Of a DNA stretch of 64,000 bases, positions 14,206 through 26,879 are shown in pieces (the stretch's first letter is position 1; every line of letters begins with the position of its first letter). The translations under genes and the position numbers were made by a program. This DNA comes from Eledone cirrhosa (taxonomy: Eukaryota), in the NCBI GenBank assembly GCA_964016885.1, contig OZ024742.1:242606001-242670000 (forward strand). The letters run 5' to 3'. A model generated the notes under the pieces. That model was not told the origin of the DNA, did not search any database, and saw only the letters and a list, made by a program, of their open reading frames with translations.

Positions 14206-14692
14206 GTTGGCAGGTGATTATATATATATATTATTTTACTCTCTCTCTCTCTCACTCCTCTCTTTCTGTCTCCTTCTCACACATCCTTCTCTCTCTGGCC
14301 GTTATGGAAATTACACACACACACACACACACACACATGCACGCACACATACACACACAAACACATACACACACATATACACACGCACATACACATACAA
14401 TCCCATAACGTCGTGTTGTGGAAGGTGGAGAGTTAAGAAGTGTATAAAAGAAACGCTCTCTCTCTTTATGACCGTCAAGGAATTTATTAGTGCAAAAGTC
14501 TATAAGATTATAAAATCGAAGTTTGTGACTTCGAAATTAATCATTATGAAATAATTTTTTCTTGATGTTACAAACCGTAGCCTATTTTGGCTATGTGTTT
14601 AATTTGACAGAGATCGATGGAATATTTTCCAAGTGAAACTCTTTTACACACACAGAACGAGAATTATATATAAGATATATATATATATATAC

Positions 14693-14773
<81 letters not shown>

Positions 14774-14910
14774 CATATACATATATATTAAGAACAGATT
14801 AAAGTTTATAATAATTATTTGCTCTACGGATGTATGAAATCCTCATCGAGCGCTCTTCGGATTTTAGTCTTCACATTTACACATTTATTATTACTCTATA
14901 TATATTTCTA

Positions 14911-15012
<102 letters not shown>

Positions 15013-15062
15013 GATTTTTGAATGCGGTAAGAATTTCTTTCTTATATCAAAGTTTAATGGGC

Positions 15063-15187
15063 TTCCACTGATGATTTATAAGCGCCCACCTAAATATATT
15101 CTTACATGAATATATATTAGGCTTCTACATAAACTGGAAATATTCTCCCAACTTGTAAAAAACTTACAATGAAACAATTGTTTGGAA
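15063..15187 (+). ncRNA. Type I hammerhead with a ~96-nt branched stem II (copy 1)
   Basis: TTCCA-CTGATGA-TTTATAAG...CTTACAAT-GAAA-CAATTG-TT-TGGAA. Confidence 0.78.
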
Positions 15188-16057
15188 AGAGAGATATACT
15201 TTAACTTTAATTATATCTCATAAAATAATACAACTGGTTTTTCCACATTATACATATTGTTAGCACCCCAAACACTTAAATTGAGTTTATATTTAAATAT
15301 AACCTAATGTTTGTTGAATGAGATGGTTACCAGTCAGAGTTTAGCTTTAAACTATCTCTGTTATTGTATTAAATATTTACTCTTGATTGGCCAGAGGTGT
15401 TTATTTCCAGGTACCTTATGAATTTGACTTTCCGTATTTATTACTGTTGTGAAATGTTGGGGTTTTTTTTTGTTGTAACTTCCCTGATTTTTAGCCTAAG
15501 AAAATATATACATGCCTATGTATATAATTACATGCATACATTTATTTTCTTTAATTAATTGAGTTCTTTACACGAGGAATTGATATTAGTTTTGAAATAA
15601 CTAATTAACCCGCGTGTGTTTTATATTTTACTCTTAATTCGGCCGGAGATTTACATTCCCATTTGCCCTTTAAAGCATAACTCTCTGTATTTACTGCGGT
15701 TATGAGATGCGGTTCTTATTCGGGTACAACTTCTGATTTTAGCCTAAGAAAATATCTATATGCGTGTGTAATTTATACACGCATATATTTATTTTTTTTA
15801 TTTTCAATTGAGTTCTTAACACGTTGGATTGATAATGTTTTCGAAAAAATTAATTAACCCGCGTGTATATTATTTTTTTCCTCCTTTCGTGGATCGTAGT
15901 TGTCTCCCCTTCCCGCTTCGTGTCGCTATGATACTTCCTCAGTCAAAAACTGCTGGAATTCAAATTTCGCGATCATTCGATGCGGGAAGGAGCAACTTAA
16001 CAAACACGATTTTTGACTGCGGTAAGAATTTATTTCTTATATCAAAGTTTAATGGGC

Positions 16058-16182
16058 TTCCACTGATGATTTATAAGCGCCTACCTAATTATATTCTTAC
16101 ATGAATATATATTAGGCTTCTACATAAACTGGAAATATTCTCCCAACTTGTAGAAAACTTATAATGAAACAATTGTTTGGAA
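16058..16182 (+). ncRNA. Type I hammerhead with a ~96-nt branched stem II (copy 2)
   Basis: TTCCA-CTGATGA-TTTATAAG...CTTATAAT-GAAA-CAATTG-TT-TGGAA. Confidence 0.8.
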
Positions 16183-16364
16183 AGAGAGATATACTTTAAC
16201 TTTAATTATATCTCATAAAATAATACAACTGGTTTTTCCACATTATACATATTGTTAGCACCCCAAACACTTAAATTGAGTTTATATTTAAATATAACCT
16301 AATGTTTGTTGAGTGAGATGGTTACCAGTCAGAGTTTAGCTTTAAACTATCTCTGTTATTGTAT

Positions 16365-16434
<70 letters not shown>

Positions 16435-16437
<3 letters not shown>

Positions 16438-16585
16438 GGCAGTTTCTGTCTAACAAATTCCATTCACAAGGTATTGGCCAAGTTGATGATATAGTAGAAA
16501 GCAATTGTCCAATATCCCGTGACGTGGGTCTGAATCCAGAACCATGTGGTTATAAATCCCACTTCTTCACTGCGCACCCATCTCT
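16435..16585 (-). mobile_element. CORE/MIR-like tRNA SINE remnant
   Basis: caaattccattcacaagg...atagtagaa...gtggg-ctgaa-ccagaaccatgtgg; related to 54600-54755 on the opposite strand. Confidence 0.55.
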
Positions 16586-16766
16586 TGGTAATATTTATTG
16601 TTAATAGTGAATATAAACTTCGAAAATACTATTGGTTTCACAAAACTGAGTCCGCAATTTAGTGGACATACGCTACCCCCTATATATATTACGGTTTTAT
16701 ATATTTTATATATATATTATCCTTATCGGGCCCTCTTCGGATTTTAGTATTCACATTTATTATTAT

Positions 16767-16809
<43 letters not shown>

Positions 16810-17748
16810 GGAACAAGTATGACCCCGACGGCAGAGCTCAATCCGTTTCGACGGCTATTTCTGGACTAAATAAGAATTATTAGCCTGGTAAATAAATATT
16901 TACCAAATTTCTCAAGGGGAATTTCCTTATATGGGAAGATAGTAATCGTCAAGATGATTGGTTAAAATTTGGTATAAAATTTGGTTAAAATTTGGTATAA
17001 AGACAGATAAATCTATCATGGCATTTGGTGGGAGGTAGGGGTGGCTGAACTTGCCAGTAGAACAAAGAGGGAGTGGGGAAAGCCAGTCAGGCGTTGAAAG
17101 TGAAATCTATACAGCAGATTCTAAGGATAGTGTATAAAAGGTCGAAAACTTGTACTGGAGAAAAGGATGGGGGGTTGAAAGAATAGATAGGTCGAAAGGG
17201 AGTAAAATAAAACTATTTATAAAAATAAATATATAAAGACAATATTGATAGTGAGAAATGAAAAAAACAAAAACAGCTGCTAAAAATTAGTAGGTATTGC
17301 TAAGCTATAGAAAAGTTTAATAGGTAGAGAATGGGAAAAAATGAGATGGTAGTTGGTAGTGAAAAATGTTTAAAGCCGGCTTTACAGGGGTCTAACATCG
17401 CTGCTATAAATAGTTAATAGTTTCTTTTCACTTCATAAAACTTGTTTGTAAATAACATTATTCTTTCTGCATCTTCTCTTTAACATGTGTGACACCACAC
17501 TAATACATTTCACTATCATTTGATAATGCATAAAAATGCTGAAACCGGTAATAGACAATTATTAAATATATAAATAGATAAATAAATGCCATTGTTAAAT
17601 AATAAATAAATCAACTAATACCTTAACACTTCACACAGAGTAAAACATTTCGTTTTAATCATTTTCTAACCCAGAAAAAAGAGAGATAGAAACAAAAAAG
17701 GAAACAATATATTTTTCTTCCTAATAATCGTCTCTTTCTCCCTGTTTT

Positions 17749-17830
<82 letters not shown>

Positions 17831-18004
17831 GGTAGATGTGTGTGTGTATGATTTTTATGCATTTCCACATTCCTCTACCGATTTTGATGATTTGTTTTCC
17901 AGTGTGCTCCAAATTTACCAGGGCAGGTCAACGCGTAATTACTTTTGCCAAAGATTTCCTGCTTCTATGAAAAACATCGATAAAACTAAATACATGCTGC
18001 AACC

Positions 18005-18303
18005 ATCTCTCTTACACGCTTCATTCCTCTCACTACCCTCAATCTCCTCCGCAACTCTCTTTAAAGGGTTACTGCATCCGTCTCTGAAGGAACGCGACAC
18101 AAACTTTGATAACCCTCTCTCTTACACGCATCATTCCTCTCACTACCCTCAATCTCCTCCGCAACTCTCTTTAAAAGGTTACTGCCTCCGTCTCTGAACG
18201 AACGCGACACAAACTTTGATAACCCTCTCTCTTACACGCTTCATTCCTCTCACTACCCTCAATCTCCTCTGCAACTCTCTTTAAAAGGTTACTGCCTCCG
18301 TCT
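18005..18303. repeat. 110-bp tandem repeat (~2.7 copies) in the Helitron 5' region
   Basis: cttacacgc units start at 18011, 18121 and 18231. Confidence 0.9.
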
Positions 18304-18956
18304 CCATTACAGTTTAGAACAACAACAAATCTTCTCTCTCTATAATAGATCATTCACCCTCTTCGTTCGTCATACATCAAATATCAAAATTTAAAAATCC
18401 GATAACACTAAATACATACTGCTCTTTCAACGTTACATTTTACATCAAATAACAAATATTCAAAAGCAACAGATGAATTTATAAAACAACAAACGTAACA
18501 ATAACGACGCTGAAGCGTTCATTTACTTGAATCTCAGCAAAAACATTATATTTTATTGTTGTCCTTTTTGTAATTTTTCTTTCTTTGTTTTTCTCAATAT
18601 GAGACAAAAAATTAATGAGAAAACTTTTTTAACGAACGTCCGATTTCGATGATTTATTTTCCAGTTTGCTCCAAAATAACGCCCCTGTTTACGCTCTTTT
18701 GTGCTATAACTCAGACAGGCTTGGCTTACAGGTTTGACCTATTATTTCACGTGCATTCTTCATAGATCTTACTTAGTACTCACTTACTTAGTACTCACCG
18801 TTCAATTGAAAGTTTTGGCTACTCCCCCTTTCATGCTCCATTACCTGCATAAATATTTACGTGTTCGGTCCTGCTACAATATAATACTCACTTTAAACTA
18901 ATTCAAAGTTCATTTGAAAATTTTCGCTACCAAACACATTCTTTGAATCTACGGTC

Positions 18957-21900
18957 ATGCCACCCAAAAAAAGACCACGACATAGTTACCAAACTAAAGC
19001 TGCTTCTGCCGCCAAACGAAGAAGAGCTACAGAGTTGTCCGTAGAAAAATTGACTCGGTTGTCACAAAATGCAACTCTAAATGCAATTACCCGGGAAACA
19101 GAGACAGAAAAAAAGAGGAGCATCCACCTTTCCGGAAATGCATTTGTAACTAAAGTTGCACGTGCAGCGCAAACTGATGAACAACATTCTCGATGACGAA
19201 GCAAAAATGCGGCCTCCACCGCTGCGGCACGTGACGGTGAGGACGAAGAACACCGTTACAGTCGACGACGAAGAGATGCCGCCTCAACTGCTGCATCACG
19301 TGCTGCCGAGGACGAAGGGCAGCGTTCCAGACGTCAACGTACGGACGCCGCTTCAACAGCTTCCGTTCGCGCATCAGAGACTGCGCAAATTCAATGACAA
19401 AGGCTAAGCGCCAACGCACACCACAGGAGTGCTAAACGAGGTGCACAGAGGATCAGTTGCACTCAGTGGTCTCATAAGGCTTTCCACTATGACCCAACAG
19501 TAAACTATGCACTGATGCCAGAGGTTCAGATTGGATCCATGTCTGTCATTTGCCAATATTGTCGGGAAAAAATATGGCCTGGGGAGACTTCAGGGATGTG
19601 CTGCTTTGACGGCAAAGTGAAACTGCCTCCTCTACAGGAACCACCACAACCTTTGAAGTCTCTACTGACCGGTGCCACAGCGGAGTCGGAACACTTCCTT
19701 CGATGTTCCAGGAGATACAACGTTGTCTTCCAAATGACCTCTTTCGGAGCTAACATCATACGCGAAGACGTCTTCATGCCTACCTTTAACGTTCAAGGAT
19801 GAATTTACCACAGAATCGGTTCGCTACTGCCCGCGACAGACGGACAGCCCCAGTTCCTACAGCTATACTTTGTCACTGACTATTTGGACCAAGCGGAACG
19901 ACGTGCTTCAATTTCGCCTGGCACAGAGATGAAAATGCTGTTACAACTCCAGAGAATGCTGCCCGAAAACAACAACTACATTCGCAGTTTTAAATGCGCA
20001 TTGGAGGCTGCTCCGTTGCCAAATGTTGCTGTTATAATCAGCGCTGACAGGAAACCACCAGGCACCCCCGCCAGACGTTTTAACACTCCCACGTGCAATG
20101 AAATAGCTGTGCTTCTTCATGGATAACAGTACAACAAGCAGGACATCATACTTCAGTGTAGGGACAATAGTCTGCAACGGATCAGTGAGACGCATAGGTC
20201 CTACGACGCATTCCAATATCCCCTACTTTTCCCATTCGTTGACGACGGATACCACTTTGGAATTCCTTTGTGCAACAGCAACAAATCTATTTCCTCTATG
20301 CAATTTTACACCTACCGATTCATGGTCCGCGAATGCTGCTTTAACCAACTCCACCGTGCAAGAGTACTCTTCAACCAGAAGACGCGTGCTGTAGACGCGT
20401 GCGCAAAGATGGAATCTGAAAAGCTGTGCTATATAAGGAACAATCAAGTACGCCTTCGTTCGGACAGCTACATTCACTTACGGGATGGAGTAAGGAATGA
20501 TGTCGATCCCGAGAACCTAGGAAAACATTGTATCCTTCCGTCGACCTTCATTGGGAGTCCCCGATACATGAGTGAACGCACACAGGATGCTAAGACGTAC
20601 GTGCGTCTCTACGGCAGACCGGATCTCTTCATCACTTCAACATGCAACCCTAAGTGGAATGAAATTACCGCGGAATTATTCCCCGGACAAAGGGCGTCAG
20701 ACAGACACGATCTTACGGCACGGGTCTTTCAGTTGAAGTTGACAAAACTTATTGAACTCCTAAAATCGGGTAAGACCTTTGGACCTGTTAGGTGCTACTT
20801 ATATACTGTTGAGTGGCAAAAGAGAGGCATGCCACACGCTCACCTACTCATTTGGCTGATAACGAAAATCAACGCAAGCAGCATTGACAGCATCATTTCA
20901 GCAGAAATACCCGACACAAAATTGGACAGAGAACTCCACAACATCGTCACTGCTCACATGGTTCATGCGCCATGCGGATACGGTTTCAACATGAATTCTC
21001 CATGCATTAAAGAAAGAAGGTGCACCAAGAGGGATCCTAGGCCATTCCTCCGAGAAACTCGGACGGTGGCGATGGTTATCCATTATACCGCCGCAGGGAG
21101 CCAGCGGACGGAGGAATTGTTGCGAAAACACCACATCACAACGTCGACAACCGATGGATTGTACCCTACTGCCCACTTCTGCTTAAATTGTTTAACGCCC
21201 ACATTAACGTTGAATACTGCCACTCCGTCAAATCGATAAAGTACGTCTGCAAGTATATCAATAAGGGTCCGATGCTGCGTCCTTTGGTCTTACAATGGAG
21301 AACAACCGGGACGAAGTAACTCGATACCAGGTCGGCCGATACATCAGCAGCAATGAAGCGTTCTGGCGATTCTTCCACTTTGCAATACACCGTAACTACC
21401 CCCCAATCAAACAATTGGCGGTGCACCTTGAAAACGGTCAAAGAGTCTACTTCACCGCCTCCATCGCTGCTGAGATAGCAGAGGAACCCAAGGACACCAC
21501 ACTTACGGCATTTTTTAAGTTATGCCGAAACGATCCCTTCGCCAAGACCATCTTCTACTCTCAAGTGCCATCATACTACACATGGAACACAGACAACAGA
21601 ATGTGGTTAAGAAGGGTGAAAGGACAACCCGTCGAGGGACATCCAGACATTAAAATGTCCCCTACTCTTGGGAGAGTGTACACCATTCATCCAAACCAAC
21701 AGGAATGCTTTTATCTCCGCCTTCAACTGCATGACGTGGTAGGACCGACATCTTTGGACGATCTGAAAACAATCATCGGAGTATTTGTACTTCATTCCGC
21801 GCAGCCTGTCTTAGACGGGGTCTACTGGAAGATGGCGCTCAGTGGGATGCGACATTGGCGGAAGCAGCTACAATACGCTCAGCGCAAACTCTTCAGCAAC

Positions 21901-23566
21901 TCTTTGTGGTGCTACTGCAGACATGCGAGTTAAGCGACCCTGCATCCTTATGGGACAAATACAAAGAGGACCTTTCCGATGACTACATACACCAAGGACA
22001 ACTGCTACTCCCACATTCCGACGTACGACTCAGCGATGAATTCTTCAACAAAGCTCTCATCGAGGACAAAATCCTAACTGCCAGCGGAAATGACATTCCA
22101 TTCTATGGACTGCCAAAAGTTCAGCGAACGGGCTCCGACAAACTTCCGACGGGCATAATTCAGGAAACTGCCTACGACGTCCACGCCCTCGAACTGTTCA
22201 TCAACGAAAACGAGCCGAAATTGTTGCAGAACCAACGGCAGGCGTATGACACAGTTTGCACTTCCATTCGTCAACGCAGAGGAGGTATCTTCTTTTTGGA
22301 CGTCCCAGGAGGAACTGGTAAAACATTCATCAATAAACTCCTCCTCGCCAAAGTGCGACAGCAGAAAGGATTCGCCCTGGCTGTAGCTTCTTCTGGCATT
22401 GCCGCAACTCTGCTGCCCGGAGGTAGGAGAGCTCATTCTGCATTTAAACTGCCATTCAACACGACTTCAGACGACACAATAACCTGCAACATCACCAAGG
22501 ACTCTGACAAAGCTGAAGTCTTGAAAAGATGCCACCTAATTGTGGGGGACGAATCCACATTGGCCCATAAGGGTCCCTTGAGGCGTTAGACAAGACCCTA
22601 CGAGTCATCAGGGAATGCAACCGGCCGATGGGAGGAGTACCTCTACTGCTGTCTGGCGATTTTCGATAAACTCTTCCAGTTGTTCCAAAAGCCACCAGGG
22701 CCGACACTGTGGGGGGCTTGCATTAAGTCATCTCCCCTGTGGCAGGAAGTGACAATCCTGACCCTCACAACAAACATGAGAGCCCAACTGCTAGGCGACC
22801 ACTCAGCAGCCGACTTCTCAAAGGACCTCGTAACAGTTGGTGACGGCACTGCACCTTCGGGTGCAGCTGGAGAAATGGCAGTCTCGCAAGTAGGCACCGT
22901 TGTCGACACTGTTGACGGACTCACAGACTCTGTCTTTCCCGATATGGCGACCAACTACAAAAACACGAGTTGGTTATGCGATAGAGCCATATTGGCTCCC
23001 AAAAATGTCTCAGTTGCAAAAATCAATGAGGACCTTCTGCAACGCATTCCTGGAAACCTCCGTACCTACAAATCTGTGGACAAAGTTGACGATTTTCCAA
23101 CAGAATTCCTCAATTCCTTGGACCTCTCTGGGCTGCCACCTCATGAACTGCGCGTCAAAGTTGGGACTCTAGTCATGCTGTTGAGGAACCTGGAACCACC
23201 ACGTCTCTGCAACCGAACACGGTTAGTGGTAAGAAACCTCCTGCCGCATGTAATTGAAGCCACAATTCTCACGGGTTGCGGCGCTGGAGAAAACGTCTTC
23301 CTACCCAGAATACCATTAACTCCATCAGGTTGGAATGTCCCTGTATTCTGCGCCGACTTGAATTCCCCGTTAAACTTTGCTTCGCGATGTCAATCAACAA
23401 GTCCCAAGGCCAAACGCTATCAACGGCAGGCCTGCATTTAGCCCAGCCGTGCTTCTCACACGGCCAATTATACACTGCATGCTCAAGAGTGGGATGCAAG
23501 CAGAACTTATTTATACTTGCGCCCAAAGGCAGAACAAAAAATGTGGTCTACATAGAGGTGTTGTGA
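18957..23566 (+). pseudogene. Helitron RepHel (HUH/Y2 Rep + Pif1 helicase), frameshifted
   Basis: Motifs CQYC..SGMCCFDGK, RPDLFITSTCNPKW, VEWQKRGMPHAH, SIKYVCKYINKG, DVPGGTGKTF, AILAPKN, FAMSINKSQGQT and FSHGQLYTACSRV. Confidence 0.95.
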
Positions 23567-23746
23567 CTCCTCTATTCAGCACCACTGCAGTCTTGCCGGT
23601 CTGACATATAGTGAGTAGATGCTATTGTTGTATATTTTTAAACTTACCCGTATTTACTTTCAATGTCTCAATATGCATAATTGAGTGGAATCATTAAAAG
23701 TACTTTAAAGCAATTAAACTCCGAGCAACGCCGGGCACTTCTGCTA

Positions 23747-23839
<93 letters not shown>

Positions 23840-23855
23840 GTTATATATATACATA

Positions 23856-24071
23856 GTTATACTTGGGGAGGGTCATATTGTTATAATATTGCCAGAAATA
23901 ATAACAGAACACACTGACTGTTTGGTTTGGGTTGGTTTTCACTTCCAGCCCAAACCAAACAGTGAATGTGTTCTGTTATTATTTCTGGCAATATTATAAC
24001 AATATGACCCTCCCCAAGTATAACAATATTTGTTTCGACACACGATTTCCTATCAAAACCTTGCAAAACAA

Positions 24072-24072
<1 letters not shown>
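23856..24072 (+). mobile_element. Hairpin (~80-bp arms, 23856-24024) plus a short tail, in (TA)n
   Basis: gttatacttggggagggtcat.../...atgaccctccccaagtataac; a stub of the same terminus occurs at 48400-48422. Confidence 0.65.
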
Positions 24073-24159
<87 letters not shown>

Positions 24160-24233
24160 ATGTGTGTGTGTGTGTGTGTGTATATCTATATATATCTATA
24201 TAAATATAAATATATATATCAATATAAATATAA

Positions 24234-24271
<38 letters not shown>

Positions 24272-24278
<7 letters not shown>

Positions 24279-24875
24279 TAACAGACATTCGTATGCGTGC
24301 GCGTACAAGCGTTGCGTGGGTTCTGTATGTGCGTGCGGTTTTTTTTTTGTTTACGTCCGTGTATTTGTATACCTATGGCGAGTGTTTGCGCGTATACTTG
24401 TGAATGTACGTATATGTTTGCGTGTATGTATTTATTTAATTTCATTTACCTCTGTATTTTATTTATTTTATTCTTAACTCTGATGCCGAGAGTCTTTCGG
24501 TTTCCTAGTTAGAATGTTAGTCTACGACTTCAGTTATACCATTTACGTGGTTTTGTCTTTGCGTGCAATTGTTCTCCCGCTCCAAATAATGACGTATTAT
24601 ATTCGTTTTTTCCCGTTCTTTGCTTGGGAACGTTTCCACGAACCAAAGTATCGTCTTCCTGTCTTCCTCCGGTTGCAACGTTTTTTGAAATATTCACTTC
24701 CGCGTTCACTGATTGACTTTGCTAGTTTCAGAAGATCCCGTTAAAGGTGAAAGCAGCGATTCTTTGCTTAAACTTTAATCTGTTATTTTAATAAATATTT
24801 GCTCTACGGTTCTTATATATTTGATATATATTTATCCTTTGGATTTTAGTCTTCAAATTTGTTATTATTACTATA
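24272..24875 (+). mobile_element. Penelope-like non-coding element (family A)
   Basis: Longest family A copy. Short inverted terminus attaaaataacaga at the left; HHR-like motif and tail at the right. Confidence 0.65.
24724..24774 (+). ncRNA. Hammerhead-like motif with a variant core (A at position 4)
   Basis: AGTTT-CAGAAGA-TCCCGTTAAAGGT-GAAA-GCA(GCGATTCTT)TGC-TT-AAACT. Confidence 0.6.
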
Positions 24876-25627
24876 TATATATATATATATATATTTATTA
24901 AAATAACAGATTTTAGTCTTCAAATTTATTATTATTACTATATATATATATATATATACAGACACACACTCATGGTAAAAAGGGAAAAATAAAGAGTGTG
25001 CGTTTGTATGCGCGAGAAAGAGAGAGGGGGAGAGAAAGAGATAAAGAACTGTGAGAGAGAAAGTGAAAGAGAGAAGAATGTGAACGCGTGCATGTTATCA
25101 TTTACACCGACCAAGAGGTGTGAGTTTTAATTGTCTGGTGATACTTGTCTGTGTAAATATTTATCTGTAATCTTAAATTAGAAAAATATCTTCTTCAACG
25201 ACTGTCTCAATTGAATAAACAAAATGTCGTCTTATTTGTTTGTCCTAGCAATATTGTTTTCCCAGTCTGAGATGGTTGTATCAACGCAACAACACTCTCT
25301 TCTAAATTTTGAAGATGAAAATTTGTGTTGTTACCAATAATTATCACTAACCTAACAATATGACACCTTTCTCTTGTCCAAAATCATTAACAAAATGAAG
25401 CAAACATTTCCTCAGTGGATTTAGCATCTCAAGAGATATTTTTCACCAAGAACTGTTATTACTTTTAGAAAATTCATTTTCTAGAAATGCTAAAATTTGA
25501 ATTCGCACTCTATTGCTAAAGACTATTGACTTAATATAGTAATGTTTTAATACAGGAAAAATTTTTTTTATGATATAAGAATTTTTTTGTTTGTCCATTA
25601 TTCCACAATATTATATATTATTATACT

Positions 25628-26470
25628 TGGTGGATTGGCAGTATCGGTAGAGAGCCGGGCGTCATGCTTTGCAGCATAGAGTTACGCTCCTTTACGGTGT
25701 GAGTTTAAATCCCGCCGTGGTTAACTTTGCCTTTCATCCTGACGGCGTCGATAAAATAAAGTACCAGGAATACACTGGGATAATTGCTGGCCTTGCGCCA
25801 AAAGTAGAAACAATTATATATTATTATACTTAAGGGCGGTGGATTGGCAGTATCGGCAGAGAACCGGACGCCATGCTTTACAGCATAGATTTACGGTCCT
25901 TTACGGTCTGAGTTCAAATCCCACCGAGGTTAAATTTGCCTTTCATCCAGACCGTGTCGATAAAATAAAGTACCAGTAATACACTGAGATAATTGCTGGC
26001 CTTTTGCCAAAAGTAGACACAATTATATATAGACAGTCGATTGACTTTCGTCAAATCGGACCGAGGAAACAATGTTTCCGTTGATCTTCCCAATTGCTAA
26101 TACTCTCTATGGGTCGCAACTCCAGGTAGAGAGACCGACGTGAAATAAAGTGTCTTGTTCAAGGATATAACGCACCACCCTGTCCAGGAATCGAACTGAC
26201 TACCTCACGATTGGGAATCCAATTCTCTTACCACTCAGCCACGCGCCTTCACACAATTATATATTATTATACTTAATTCCGGTGGATTGGCAGTATCTGT
26301 GGAAGGTCGGGCGCCCTACTTTGTCGCATAGAGTTACGGCCCTTGAAGATCTGAGTTCAAATCTCACCGAGGTTAATTTTGCCTTTCATCCTTATGGGGT
26401 CGATAAAATAAAGTACCAGTAATGCACTGAGATAATTGCTGGCTTTGTGCCAAAAGTAGAAACAATTATA
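25628..26470 (+). mobile_element. Cluster of three tRNA-derived (Nin-domain-like) SINEs with an opposite-strand SINE at ~26030-26255
   Basis: Three copies of A-box tggcagtatcgg, B-box gagttcaaatcc and ctttgcctttcatcc..gtcgataaaataaagtaccag. Confidence 0.85.
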
Positions 26471-26802
26471 CTTAATTGCAACATATTTTACTTCCTTACT
26501 GCTACGAACGAAACTATGATGAATAAAATAAATGAAAAAAATATATATATACCAACATTAGTAAGGAATATTAACTAAGAAGATATTTGCAAGGGATGGA
26601 AATGGAAGTTCATATTTTATGCATTTGTTGTAAAATGAGGAAAAAACCGTTTTTTTTTTTGCATAAAGTATTCAACCTGAATCCAACCGATATATTTGAC
26701 GATAAGTTATGTTCTGTGTATATATCTCCTTCCATCAATTGCGAAAAGAGCTTTAGATGTCATGTCGAAGAACTTTATGTAAGACCACTTTATATATGTA
26801 TG

Positions 26803-26833
<31 letters not shown>

Positions 26834-26879
26834 TCTTCTGATTTTATAATTTCACAAATTTTTACCAATAGAGAGAGAG

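Larger units (their letters stand above)
17821..23747 (+). mobile_element. Helitron, full-length but decayed
   Basis: 5' end is buried in (TA)n (tatataaaacgg..). Contains a Rep/Helicase pseudogene, a 3' GC hairpin ccgagcaacgccggg (23721-23735) and CTAG|T at 23744-23748. Confidence 0.93.

Noticed and set aside
24475-24512. TAACT-CTGATG-hairpin-AGTTA
   Set aside because: Lacks A9 and GAAA, so it is not a hammerhead.
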